This document shows, in pieces, positions 17,801 to 26,685 of a DNA stretch of 64,000 nt (position 1 is the stretch's first letter; the number at the start of each line of letters is the position of its first letter). This stretch comes from Patescibacteria group bacterium (lineage in GTDB: Bacteria > Patescibacteriota > Patescibacteriia > JAQUQO01), in the NCBI GenBank assembly GCA_028716045.1, contig JAQUQO010000001.1, positions 64,942 through 128,941 of the forward strand, written 5' to 3'. Below the pieces are notes generated by a model. It saw only the letters and a program-made list of their open reading frames with translations. It was not told the DNA's origin and did not search any database. The position numbers and the translations under genes were made by a program.

Positions 17801-20800
17801 GCGGAGCGGACACGGAGGGAAAGACCGGCGCCAATATGATTGCCAATGTGGAAGAATGCGGTCAGGGCAATGCTTATTGTTGGGGATTTAAAACCGGCGA
17901 CAAGCTTTGCGATATCGGGGATATCAATGTTCTCCCGTCACCTAACACCCTAAGAAGCGCCGACGCGCAGAGCGATTATGAGGTTGTGGTTCGTGCTAAG
18001 GATAATTCTTGCTGGGGAATAAATCCGTTCGCTTACGACTGGTGGTGGATAATTGCCGACCCGTCTAAGGCCGATGTCACTAACGCAGAGTTGGATGGTA
18101 AGGGTCTGCCGGAGCAGATAGTCACGGCTAAAAATGAAACCCTGCCGGACAGACCTACGCAAGTTATGGCCGATACTGAAGACAAACTCGGCGACGGGGA
18201 GTTGCACATCAATTACGCTTTTCCGGCGGTCATTAATCATTCGCCCGCGTGCCAAAACGGAATTTGCTCCAACGCGGAGATTTCCGCCACTTTCAATGTC
18301 CAATTGGAAAATTATGAAGACAATATTCTGCTTTATAAATGCGCTGAAGAGAGCTGTAAATATTTAAGCGAAATTCCGGTGGCTTATACGTCGGAAAAAA
18401 TCGCCAAGACGGGCGGGGAGGAAGTAAATGAAAAAATTACGCTGACCATTCTCGGTGAAAATGAGTTTTTAGAGAAAGATACCTGGTATCGCGTGCAAGT
18501 TAAGGGCGGGGATAACGGCGTCAAATCAAAGGGCGGCGAGCGCAGTTTAATCGGCGGAAATGATGGCGCTGATTATTCTTGGAAGTTTCAAACGCGCGAT
18601 AACGATAAAATTTGCGACGTGGAACAAGTTGAAGTGTTTCCGAGAAAAACCACTTTATATTACATCGGGCAGAGAAAAGAATTGACGAGTTCCGTGTCGG
18701 GTCCGGAAGACGCTTGCGGCAATGGGCAAAGTTTAGCGGTCAGAACAAATAACCCCGACACCGGCGCCAGCTTGGATAATTATAATTGGCAATGGGAAAG
18801 TAGCGTGCCGAATTTAGTGACTCTCACGGGCAGCGCTCTCGGCAGAGTGGCGCCATGGGACGGTGAATTAATTGATGCTAATCCCATAATTGGCGGGGCG
18901 TGTTCTTCAAAATGCCTGCGCGTTGGTTCTAAAACCGGCGGAGCGATTTGCGGCAATGGGGTTTGGGAAAAAGGCGAAGATTGCGATGGCGGAGGGGGGT
19001 GTTCGGCAAAATGTCTTAGCGCCGGTTCAGTCAGTCCGGCGGTTTGCGGCGACGGCTATATCGGCGCTCCCGATAAAAAATACGAATATAAAAATTATCT
19101 GACTGACCTAAGAGCCGGGAGGTTACCCGCTGATTTTAAATCTTTCGGCGAGGAGTGCGACGATGGCAAACATTGCGCCAATGGGGCTTATTGCAGTAGC
19201 GACACTGAATGCGAGTTGGTAATGAGGGGGTTCTGCGGCACGCCCGCCAATTTTGAGTTATGCAAAGATAATAATTGGGCCACTTTTGATAAAGACGGCA
19301 AAAAATTAGAATCCATATTGGATAAAAAATGTCAGCCTCGTTCCAGTGATAGTTGCAGTGGGCAGTGTCTAAATGAAGGAGCGGCTTTTGAATTGGGTAC
19401 CTGCGGCAATGGGCAAATCGGCGGAGGAGAAGATTGTGACGATGGCAATCGCCAGCCGGGCGACGGTTGCAGCGCGGCTTGTCTTAATGAAGGGTCAGCG
19501 GCAGGGGCGGCGGTTTGCCAAAATGCGATAGTCGAAAGCAAGTGGGAAGATTGCGACGAGGGCGCTGGAAATAATCCCGCCGCCGGTTGCAGTAATAGCT
19601 GTTTAAACGAAGGGTCAAGGGTTACTCCTTGCGCTTATTTTTTTGATAAAATTGTTTGCGGCCGGCAAGGATATTGTCAGTGGGACGAGATGAGTGAAGA
19701 TGACCCCAGCGATGACCTTTGCGTTTATAATAATGTTTGTGAAAGTAAAACCGAAATTAAGTGCCTTGGCCTTGAGGCTTGTCGTTGGGTAGATAACGAA
19801 TGTCATAAGGCCATCTGCGGAGATGGCGCGGTAGATATCAGCGAGGATTGCGATGATGGCAATTTAAGAGCTGGCGACGGTTGTAGCGCAAAGTGCGTTA
19901 AAGAGGGGGCATCTTTAACTTATACCAATGCTTCGGTCTGCGGCGATGGAGAAATCAAGACGGGTGAAGAATGCGATTCCGGCAGTGGCGACGGCAAGAA
20001 AGACCCGTATCAGGCGGTGACGGCCATTGATTCTACTCCTACGTCGGCGATTATTAAGGCCAGCGTGAATAATGCGGCGGGGAAGAAAATTTCTTGCGAT
20101 GGTGAAGGATGCGCCGAAGTAGAAGTGGTTTGCGTTTGTAGCGATGATGATTATTGTGAAGGATATTCCGAGAATTTGGCCTGCAATCAGGTGAATCGCT
20201 GCTGTTATCCGCGGCCGACCATAGTCGCGGTAAAACCAGCTCACGATAACGACCCCGAAGAGCCAAATGCCTGTCCCAATGGAGTTTTAGAAGTAGAGTT
20301 TGACCAACAAATGGACTTGGCGAGCCTGGCTGAAAATATTAAATTATATCATTTACAATTAAATACTCCCTGCAATCAAGAAGCTTTGTCTTGGCATGAG
20401 AAACTTGGCAAGTGGGCGAAAAACATGTTTGCCAAAATAGGTCTGGCGGCCGTTCCGGAATACTGGTGTCCGGTGGCGGGAGCGGTGCGAACCGTCACTT
20501 TGGATAACGGGGGCAATAAAATAAATAAAGCGGAGTTTGTTCCTAACGATATTTTAGATGTTAATAATACTTATCGTCTGTTTGTAAAAATAGACAATGA
20601 GACCACTGCCGCCATTACCGAAGGCGTGCGCAGTTTGACTGGAGGGGTGGGGGTTAAAGAAGTAGACGCCGCGGGCGGCAACACACATTTTAAAATAGAT
20701 GAAAGCACCGGCAGAATGGAAGAAAGTTCCGGCAATTTTGACCGTTATTTCTTCGCGCATTTTGTCACCGGTATGGAGATTTGCCAGGTGGAGCAGGTTG

Positions 20801-23800
20801 TTTTTAAACGGCCGGCAGAGGGAGGTAAAGTAATTGACCCTTATATTTTTAGAAGAGCTGCTGACGAAGAAATTTTTGAAGTGGAGGCACAAACGGAGAA
20901 CGGTCAACCCTTGCGGCCCTTTCCCGAATATCATTGGTCATGGAGTTGGCAGCCAGGTGAGACCGGTTTAGTTAAAGTTTCCAGCCAAGACAAATATTGC
21001 AGCATCACCAAAAAGGATTGTTCTGATAAAGAAGTCGGCACTCAATGTTCTGTCGCGGACGGCATTTGTGTTTTAAGTGATATCCAAACGATAACGCCGG
21101 AAAATAACAGCGGAGATACGACACTCACGGTGACCGCCGAGATACTGAACGATGAATTAAATAAACCCGCGACTAAAGGAGAGAAAGTGGAAGGAGTTAT
21201 TGATATCAAGAATCGTATTTGCGAGAATTTGTGGTCATCAGCGCAGAACGATGAATATAAATGGCTGGAGGCCTCAACGTATCTTTTCGAATCAGACCTT
21301 TTAAAAATATCACCCATTTCTGGTAATTTTTCCACTTGGTATTGCCGCGATGCTGGTAATCCGGATAAAACCGAAGATGACTTACCGGATTTAAATATAA
21401 TTACAGTGGCCGAAGAAGGGACTGGTATCAGAGAATATTTGTTCAAAGACCCCTCCACTCCCGCCGCGGTTGGCTTTAGAATTTTACCCAATCTTAAACA
21501 TTTATCGCTTTTAAATTGGTATAAAGAGCAAGAAGGATTAAGCGGCAATCCGCAGACGATGGGGACCATTGACGGGTATTCAGCTCTTCGCGACGGCAAC
21601 ACTGTTTATATTAATTTTGCCAACAACAGTACCAAATGTTTTAACGCGGACTCTTGTTTTATTGACGCTATCTATACCAACGTGCTGGCGGTCTCCTTTA
21701 CTGAAACCGGCGGACAAAACATCCAAAATATCTTCAATCAGTTGGTTAAATATCTAAAATTTAATGAAAGTTTTTATCCGCATGGTCCCGGAAGCTCCAG
21801 CCGCTCCTTTTATTCCAATAATGCCATTGCCAATGCCGCCAAAGCTCAACTACTTCGCGATACGCGGCGCTGGGAGGATTTGACTGATATTGCCGCCACC
21901 TTGAATAATTACGCCGAGAATCATAGCGGCCAATATCCAAAAATTGAGGCCGGTTCTTTCCTCCCTGGTTTAACAATCAGCGCTTGGCCGTCTTGGAACA
22001 CGGTTTTGGGCAATAATTTAGGCATGGCTTTGCCCGAAGACCCTAAGAATGAATTTTCCGCTGACTGTTCGGAAGGAACTTTTCTTGATGAGCCGTTTAA
22101 TGCCGCCACTTGCTGGTCAAGCAAAGGAGCTTTCTATTGTCCCCAAAATTCTCATATCTATTGGTATAACCATCGCGCTGATGGGCAATATAATTTGGCG
22201 GGAGAATTTGAATTTAATGCTAACGAGGAAACAGCGGAGTATTTGTGGAGGTTAGACAGCGCAAAACAGAATTATCAGTTGTTAAGAAATATCTATATCA
22301 CCGTTTCTTCTGACGCGGCCGGAGGACCGTCCTGCAATTCCACACCCGCCAGTCCGATAAAGGGCGTTTGCGGTGACGGTTATATTGATTTAAATGAGGT
22401 TTGCGATGGTGCGGGTTATTTTGAAATCAAAGATAATAATAATTACCCTTGCCGCGCTTATTATACTTGTAAGTCGGATTGCTCGGCTAAAATATATAAG
22501 GATTCTTCCGGCAAGGAAGTGGAAATAAAAACATCGTCCGAGGAAACAAATTTAGCAGCGTCCATTTGCCAGTATGTTGGCAGGTGCGGCGACGGAATTG
22601 TCAGTGGTCCCGAAACCTGTGATGATGGTGTGGAACGCAATGGGCAGTATGGTCGTTGCCCGAAAAGTTGCCGGCAGTCTGATGCCGTTAAATGCGGTGA
22701 TTATAATATTGATAAACCATTTGAAGTTTGTGATAAGGGAGGCAAGACAGAATATGGCGGTACTAAGAGAGAAAATTCTTGTCGTTGGGATTGTTTGGCC
22801 TATGGCCCGTATTGCGGCGACAAAGTGGTGGAGGAAGAATATGGGGAAGTTTGTGAATTAGGGGAGATAGTGACTCCACAGGAAAATTGTCCAATAGTTG
22901 ATGGTTATCAGCAATTTAAAAAATATCAATGTAGTTCTGATTGCCAGAAATGGAACTTAGTTGCCGATTGTTCTTCTCTCGGACAGCAGTGCGGCAATAA
23001 AATAAAAGAAGGTACTGAAGAATGCGATGACGGTAAAAATACGGGAGATAAGGATCAAAACGGCATTCCCGATGGTAATGAAGACGCTTGTAATAATGAT
23101 TGTAAATTAACTGTTTGCGGGGACAGTAAAATTCAAAATCCCAATGGGCTGGGGCAGAAAGAAGAATGTGATTTGGGGGCGGGAGTCAATGGGGTGAGTT
23201 GTCGAGAAAAATTGCCTTATAGTGAAGGAATAAATGAAGCTCCGCAACAATGCACTTATTGCGATGCCAATTGCCGGAGCGTGCGCGTCCAGGGCCCATA
23301 TTGCGGTGACGGAATAATAGATGTCGGCCACGAAGAGTGCGACGGCAATAATAATCTGGAATATTGCGAGGACGGAATCAGGGTAAGAAAGCTGACTTGC
23401 AATAATTCCTGCGATTGGGATAAGGGCAAAGAGTGCGAATACGTCGGTGAAGGAGAAAGCTGCACAGTTGGCGGCGGAGACGAGCAGGTTTGCGATGCCG
23501 GAATGGGTTGTGTGAATGGCAAATGCCAGAAATGTTTTGATAATAATGGTCGGGTTAAACCGGAATGTCAAGCGGTCAGCGGTTTTATTAAACCCTTTGA
23601 TTATTGCACTAACAATTCTCAATGTTTGCAGGCCTATGATTTGAGTTGGAAATGCTCGTCCGCGCTTAAACTTTGCTTGCCGGAAACTATAATAACTGCC
23701 GGTCTTTATGGGAAGTCCTGCCCGGGCGGTTTAACCCAACATGGAGGTCTTTGCTATTATCGGGCTTCAAATAATCAAGTCACGGACGGCAAATGCCCGA

Positions 23801-25203
23801 CATTAAATATGGACTTGCTGTTAAACCGAGGAATAAAGCAATTGGAATTTGAAAAATTTAAAGGCCTAGCCAACAATCCAATAACTGGAAATTTTGTTTT
23901 ATGCGTTTTTGACGCTGAAAATTATAAGAAGAATATTTGTAGCAGTTCCGCTTGCGGTGGCGATTGCGGGCATGCGGATAATAGTTGGTCGGATTTTTGC
24001 CCGTCAGCTAGACCAAACAGCGACCAACCGAATGAACAATGTTCGGGTGGTTCCTGTAATCAACAGTCGGGGAGTATCTTGGGTAAATTTAGCTGTCGTT
24101 ATACAGATACTTGTGGCAATTCGTGTTTGCTGACGGGGTTTGGTTGTTGCAATGGTTCTGTCTATGATTTAGGGGTGGAAAAATGCGAAAATAATCAAAT
24201 ACTTTGTCAGGAAACAGGCAGTGGTCAGACAGACAATGTGCCACCGGAAGATAAAATGGATTCTTGCTATAATAAATGTTGCGATAACGATGAGTATTGC
24301 TCTTCTGCCACTCAATCTTGCGTGGAATGTGAGAAAGACAACCATTGCAGTGATAATGATAAAGATAAGTTTTGTGTTAATTATGAATGTGTGGAATGTC
24401 GGGAGAATGCTAATTGTATCGGCGGAAAAATTTGTTTAAATAATCAATGTGCCGACGCGCCACAGTGCCAGGTTGACAGTGATTGTAAGGTAATGGGGGC
24501 AAATGCAAAATGTGTTAATAAAAAATGTGGGTGCTCCTCCAGCTGTTCAGGCAAGCAGTGCGGTGATGACGGTTGTGGCGGGGATTGCGGAGAGTGTCGG
24601 GAGAGCTGGAGTTGTAGCGGTAATACGTCAGTACACAAAACATCGTCTTGTAAGAATAATCAATGTACAGAAGAGCGGATTGATTGTAGTAATAAGGGTG
24701 GATGCGATTCAGCGACTGGTAAATGTAAGGGTTGCACATCGGTGGAGCATACTTCCAAAAACGCCGTTAAATATACTAAATGTTTTGATGGTGACGCTTG
24801 GTGGGTGGATGGTTGCGGTCAAAAAGATGGTCTTTATGAAAATTGCAGTGATGTAGAGATTTGTGAGAAGAATGAGGCCGAGCCGGCGGGATGTGAGTGT
24901 AAATACGGAGATTGTACTTCAAATGTTTGTGTTCCTCGACCGGGCCTAGAACTTTGTGTGGAAGGAACATGTACTTATCTTCGCGAGTGTGTTTATGGTT
25001 GTTTTACGGAACCGCGGCAATGCGATAACGTTTGTTATGGCGGCGAATGCGTTGAGTGCAATCCGAAAGGCACCTCTTGCCATAATACGACGTCAACGGA
25101 CGGGGCTTGTAATGGAAGAATATGCGAGATTTTAGGATGTCAAAAACATTGGGTTTGTAATACTGCCGGTAAAAAAGTTTATGAGTGTGGTAGTTGTCCA
25201 TAA
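14872..25203 (+). CDS. Giant 3443-aa pilin-anchored surface protein (Ig-like/IPT-TIG domains, Myxococcus-type Cys-rich repeats, Cys-rich C-terminus)
   Basis: N-terminal pilin motif GGFKWMTAAGNEEKLAGAKK, IPT-like repeats (VTIVGSRFG..SWSDDKI), many CG(D/N)GxxxxxE(E/D)CDDGN repeats, uninterrupted ORF. Confidence 0.85.
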   Translation: MKSRKLTIKILLAASLLLAIFFLGKPVLAQVDAGLGYLEQSGLGTADIRVTIANIIRIILGFLGTLAVVIVLIGGFKWMTAAGNEEKLAGAKKLLLNGAIGLVIVLFSFGIASFVISRLMQATGGGGGGVVGGEVPGGGVFYPNNLVVKSITPQGPVPIRNVKVRVIFNKEIKPESVTGKIEVRRANDDSEAAGNFDIGSRSVEFSPSAACPEPNQNLKCFDSNTEYRVEIKEGVKSADDKDLKCGGAYPKCNGFFTTGDLVDVTPPTGVITNPDDGGSFSVDDSVLLQAATKDDSGIGLVEFYVDGRLIDSDGPEGPTASTYLAEGYWETAGVELLSRHEIYAQVFDINDHKTNTDKIYALARAKHCFNGIKDEKEEGVDCGGEREAKDYCGACAGGDCDRADKDAGTCAAPDNTFCASGYCESTTCKCQIHLKISNIYSGDKNDFAGLNPNGSPGNYLTIKGEGFGRSLGQVIFLGSDLSSDDKIAALASCSSAWQDKQVVVEIPAGVVDGSIKLITGNKAEDSTDDAYGPIINDFQLNDSKRPGICEVSPREGVEGGDLNISGKGFGDQAGALYFGSEILKKINSWQDGKISSVIPNFNLGDYLVLIKAGEEFSNGVNFSLIEGKSVGPHVDYLNPEKGRKGQYVTIVGSRFGSGQGTVNFINRAKGNAILASTDFPAACQSSWWRDNYVIVRVPEIGDGTYDLVLTTAKNRDSNPVPFEVTGDPLTPGICNLNPDNGLVNTKVNISGGGFASLGSESRIDFWQNKKAEAVSWSDDKIFTTVPPDTQTGPVFVTSNEKKDGANLVSNRIPFRVGACEKDSCLEGETCCGDGICRGTCFDEISKAKYRWYFNTGELPKIPQVVEECAANSAPSPVPFSKFGNTDVCLNVIPSARFSVPMQYETLIKENILFEECATGAEGKMICIPVEDYSIAISSSKDSESGKDRFEIYPGGKGSGVNLKSNTSYRVVLTTALRGADTEGKTGANMIANVEECGQGNAYCWGFKTGDKLCDIGDINVLPSPNTLRSADAQSDYEVVVRAKDNSCWGINPFAYDWWWIIADPSKADVTNAELDGKGLPEQIVTAKNETLPDRPTQVMADTEDKLGDGELHINYAFPAVINHSPACQNGICSNAEISATFNVQLENYEDNILLYKCAEESCKYLSEIPVAYTSEKIAKTGGEEVNEKITLTILGENEFLEKDTWYRVQVKGGDNGVKSKGGERSLIGGNDGADYSWKFQTRDNDKICDVEQVEVFPRKTTLYYIGQRKELTSSVSGPEDACGNGQSLAVRTNNPDTGASLDNYNWQWESSVPNLVTLTGSALGRVAPWDGELIDANPIIGGACSSKCLRVGSKTGGAICGNGVWEKGEDCDGGGGCSAKCLSAGSVSPAVCGDGYIGAPDKKYEYKNYLTDLRAGRLPADFKSFGEECDDGKHCANGAYCSSDTECELVMRGFCGTPANFELCKDNNWATFDKDGKKLESILDKKCQPRSSDSCSGQCLNEGAAFELGTCGNGQIGGGEDCDDGNRQPGDGCSAACLNEGSAAGAAVCQNAIVESKWEDCDEGAGNNPAAGCSNSCLNEGSRVTPCAYFFDKIVCGRQGYCQWDEMSEDDPSDDLCVYNNVCESKTEIKCLGLEACRWVDNECHKAICGDGAVDISEDCDDGNLRAGDGCSAKCVKEGASLTYTNASVCGDGEIKTGEECDSGSGDGKKDPYQAVTAIDSTPTSAIIKASVNNAAGKKISCDGEGCAEVEVVCVCSDDDYCEGYSENLACNQVNRCCYPRPTIVAVKPAHDNDPEEPNACPNGVLEVEFDQQMDLASLAENIKLYHLQLNTPCNQEALSWHEKLGKWAKNMFAKIGLAAVPEYWCPVAGAVRTVTLDNGGNKINKAEFVPNDILDVNNTYRLFVKIDNETTAAITEGVRSLTGGVGVKEVDAAGGNTHFKIDESTGRMEESSGNFDRYFFAHFVTGMEICQVEQVVFKRPAEGGKVIDPYIFRRAADEEIFEVEAQTENGQPLRPFPEYHWSWSWQPGETGLVKVSSQDKYCSITKKDCSDKEVGTQCSVADGICVLSDIQTITPENNSGDTTLTVTAEILNDELNKPATKGEKVEGVIDIKNRICENLWSSAQNDEYKWLEASTYLFESDLLKISPISGNFSTWYCRDAGNPDKTEDDLPDLNIITVAEEGTGIREYLFKDPSTPAAVGFRILPNLKHLSLLNWYKEQEGLSGNPQTMGTIDGYSALRDGNTVYINFANNSTKCFNADSCFIDAIYTNVLAVSFTETGGQNIQNIFNQLVKYLKFNESFYPHGPGSSSRSFYSNNAIANAAKAQLLRDTRRWEDLTDIAATLNNYAENHSGQYPKIEAGSFLPGLTISAWPSWNTVLGNNLGMALPEDPKNEFSADCSEGTFLDEPFNAATCWSSKGAFYCPQNSHIYWYNHRADGQYNLAGEFEFNANEETAEYLWRLDSAKQNYQLLRNIYITVSSDAAGGPSCNSTPASPIKGVCGDGYIDLNEVCDGAGYFEIKDNNNYPCRAYYTCKSDCSAKIYKDSSGKEVEIKTSSEETNLAASICQYVGRCGDGIVSGPETCDDGVERNGQYGRCPKSCRQSDAVKCGDYNIDKPFEVCDKGGKTEYGGTKRENSCRWDCLAYGPYCGDKVVEEEYGEVCELGEIVTPQENCPIVDGYQQFKKYQCSSDCQKWNLVADCSSLGQQCGNKIKEGTEECDDGKNTGDKDQNGIPDGNEDACNNDCKLTVCGDSKIQNPNGLGQKEECDLGAGVNGVSCREKLPYSEGINEAPQQCTYCDANCRSVRVQGPYCGDGIIDVGHEECDGNNNLEYCEDGIRVRKLTCNNSCDWDKGKECEYVGEGESCTVGGGDEQVCDAGMGCVNGKCQKCFDNNGRVKPECQAVSGFIKPFDYCTNNSQCLQAYDLSWKCSSALKLCLPETIITAGLYGKSCPGGLTQHGGLCYYRASNNQVTDGKCPTLNMDLLLNRGIKQLEFEKFKGLANNPITGNFVLCVFDAENYKKNICSSSACGGDCGHADNSWSDFCPSARPNSDQPNEQCSGGSCNQQSGSILGKFSCRYTDTCGNSCLLTGFGCCNGSVYDLGVEKCENNQILCQETGSGQTDNVPPEDKMDSCYNKCCDNDEYCSSATQSCVECEKDNHCSDNDKDKFCVNYECVECRENANCIGGKICLNNQCADAPQCQVDSDCKVMGANAKCVNKKCGCSSSCSGKQCGDDGCGGDCGECRESWSCSGNTSVHKTSSCKNNQCTEERIDCSNKGGCDSATGKCKGCTSVEHTSKNAVKYTKCFDGDAWWVDGCGQKDGLYENCSDVEICEKNEAEPAGCECKYGDCTSNVCVPRPGLELCVEGTCTYLRECVYGCFTEPRQCDNVCYGGECVECNPKGTSCHNTTSTDGACNGRICEILGCQKHWVCNTAGKKVYECGSCP

Positions 25204-25216
25204 ATAATAAAATGTA

Positions 25217-25906
25217 ATGTCATTATCAAAGCGAAAAATTTTGATGATTGGGCTGGCGGTAATAATAGTTTGCCTTGTTTTGCTAATGTTTTATAAGAGA
25301 GATAGAGAAAATGCTGATGTTTTGGACGAGGCAGAAATTCAGAACATATTATCGAATGAAGATATCGCATTGAAAGAATTAGTAGGTATTGATAAAGAAG
25401 CGGCCGAGCGATTGGCTATTATGTACAACAATGGCCAATCGGGGGCTAGAGATTCGGACGGAGACGGCATTACCGATGAAGATGAAAAAAATTACAGAGT
25501 TTTTACTGGTTCTATGGAGGACATACAAAAAGCCGGGCTAGATCCCCAAAATATCACGGAGAAGGATATTGAAAAACTAGATTCAGAATTATTTTTAGTA
25601 TTAAATCCGGAGAATAAAGATACGGATGGTGACGGGGCAAGCGATGGAGAAGAAATATTTAAATATTTTACGGACCCATGGGATCAGGATAGTGATGGCG
25701 ACGGTATCTTAGACGGAGAAGAAATTGCTAAATATAATACGTTGCCTAATAATCCTGACACCGACGGCGATATTTTATCGGATTATGACGAGATATTTAA
25801 GTATAAAACAGACCCTCTGAAAGCCGATACCGATGGTGACGGATTTCGCGATGATATGGAAATTAGTAATGGATTTAATCCCTCGGGGGAGGGGAAATTA
25901 GAATAA
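25217..25906 (+). CDS. Membrane protein with TSP3-like DxDxDG Ca-binding repeats
   Basis: N-terminal TM and five D(S/T)DGD repeats, ending NGFNPSGEGKLE. Confidence 0.8.
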   Translation: MSLSKRKILMIGLAVIIVCLVLLMFYKRDRENADVLDEAEIQNILSNEDIALKELVGIDKEAAERLAIMYNNGQSGARDSDGDGITDEDEKNYRVFTGSMEDIQKAGLDPQNITEKDIEKLDSELFLVLNPENKDTDGDGASDGEEIFKYFTDPWDQDSDGDGILDGEEIAKYNTLPNNPDTDGDILSDYDEIFKYKTDPLKADTDGDGFRDDMEISNGFNPSGEGKLE

Positions 25907-25944
25907 AAATATAACATACAATTTATTATTTAATTTTAATTCTT

Positions 25945-26649
25945 ATGTTTGAAGACAATAAAAACGCGTCCAGACCGGTTCCTCCCTCTAATCTGCCGAC
26001 TGGCGGCAAGGAACCAGAAGATATTTTGGCCGGAGTGGAGAAAACTCCGTCGGCGGCTTCTTTTGTCCCTCCTCCGCGTCCGGTCACTTCGTCATCCTTA
26101 AAAATGGGGGGTATTCCGACTCCGCCTCTCCCGGGACCCCAATTGCCAGAGAAAAAAAGTTCAGCCAAGATTTTTTGGTTGGTTATTATTATAATAATTT
26201 TAGTTGGCATGGGTTTTGGCGGGTGGTATTGGTATTCGCAATTAAGCGGCGGTTCGGAGGCGGAGATTCAGCTTGAGGAACAGCCGAGTGAAGAAACTTT
26301 TACCCCAGTTGAGAATATTGAAGAATTGAATATGGCGGAGGAAGAAACTCCGGCAGTAACGACTCCGGAAACTGGCAACGAAGAAACGACATTGCCTCCC
26401 GCGGAAGTTCCCGAGAATTTAGATACTGACGGCGATGGTTTAACCGATGAGGAAGAAATACAATTAGGCACAGACCCCAGCAAGGTTGATACTGATGGTG
26501 ATGATTTATTTGACCGTGAAGAGGCGAGAATATACAAGACGGACCCGCTTAACCCTGACACCGACGGCGATGGTTATTTAGACGGACAGGAAATTAAGTC
26601 CGGATATAATCCTAGGGGTGAGGGAAAATTATTAGAAATCAATCTGTAA
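25945..26649 (+). CDS. Membrane protein with Pro-rich N-terminus, TM and DxDxDG repeats
   Basis: DTDGDGLTDEEE, DTDGDDLFD, DTDGDGYLDGQE..GYNPRGEGKL. Confidence 0.8.
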   Translation: MFEDNKNASRPVPPSNLPTGGKEPEDILAGVEKTPSAASFVPPPRPVTSSSLKMGGIPTPPLPGPQLPEKKSSAKIFWLVIIIIILVGMGFGGWYWYSQLSGGSEAEIQLEEQPSEETFTPVENIEELNMAEEETPAVTTPETGNEETTLPPAEVPENLDTDGDGLTDEEEIQLGTDPSKVDTDGDDLFDREEARIYKTDPLNPDTDGDGYLDGQEIKSGYNPRGEGKLLEINL

Positions 26650-26685
26650 TAAAATGTTTAAACTTTAGGCAGTGAGGCAAGTTTT

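Noticed and set aside
18940-23350. Recurrent tgcggcga/gaatgcga motifs as a possible CRISPR or DGR repeat
   Set aside because: These are in-frame Cys-rich protein repeats with irregular spacing. There are no cas or reverse transcriptase genes and no adenine-specific TR/VR pair was seen.
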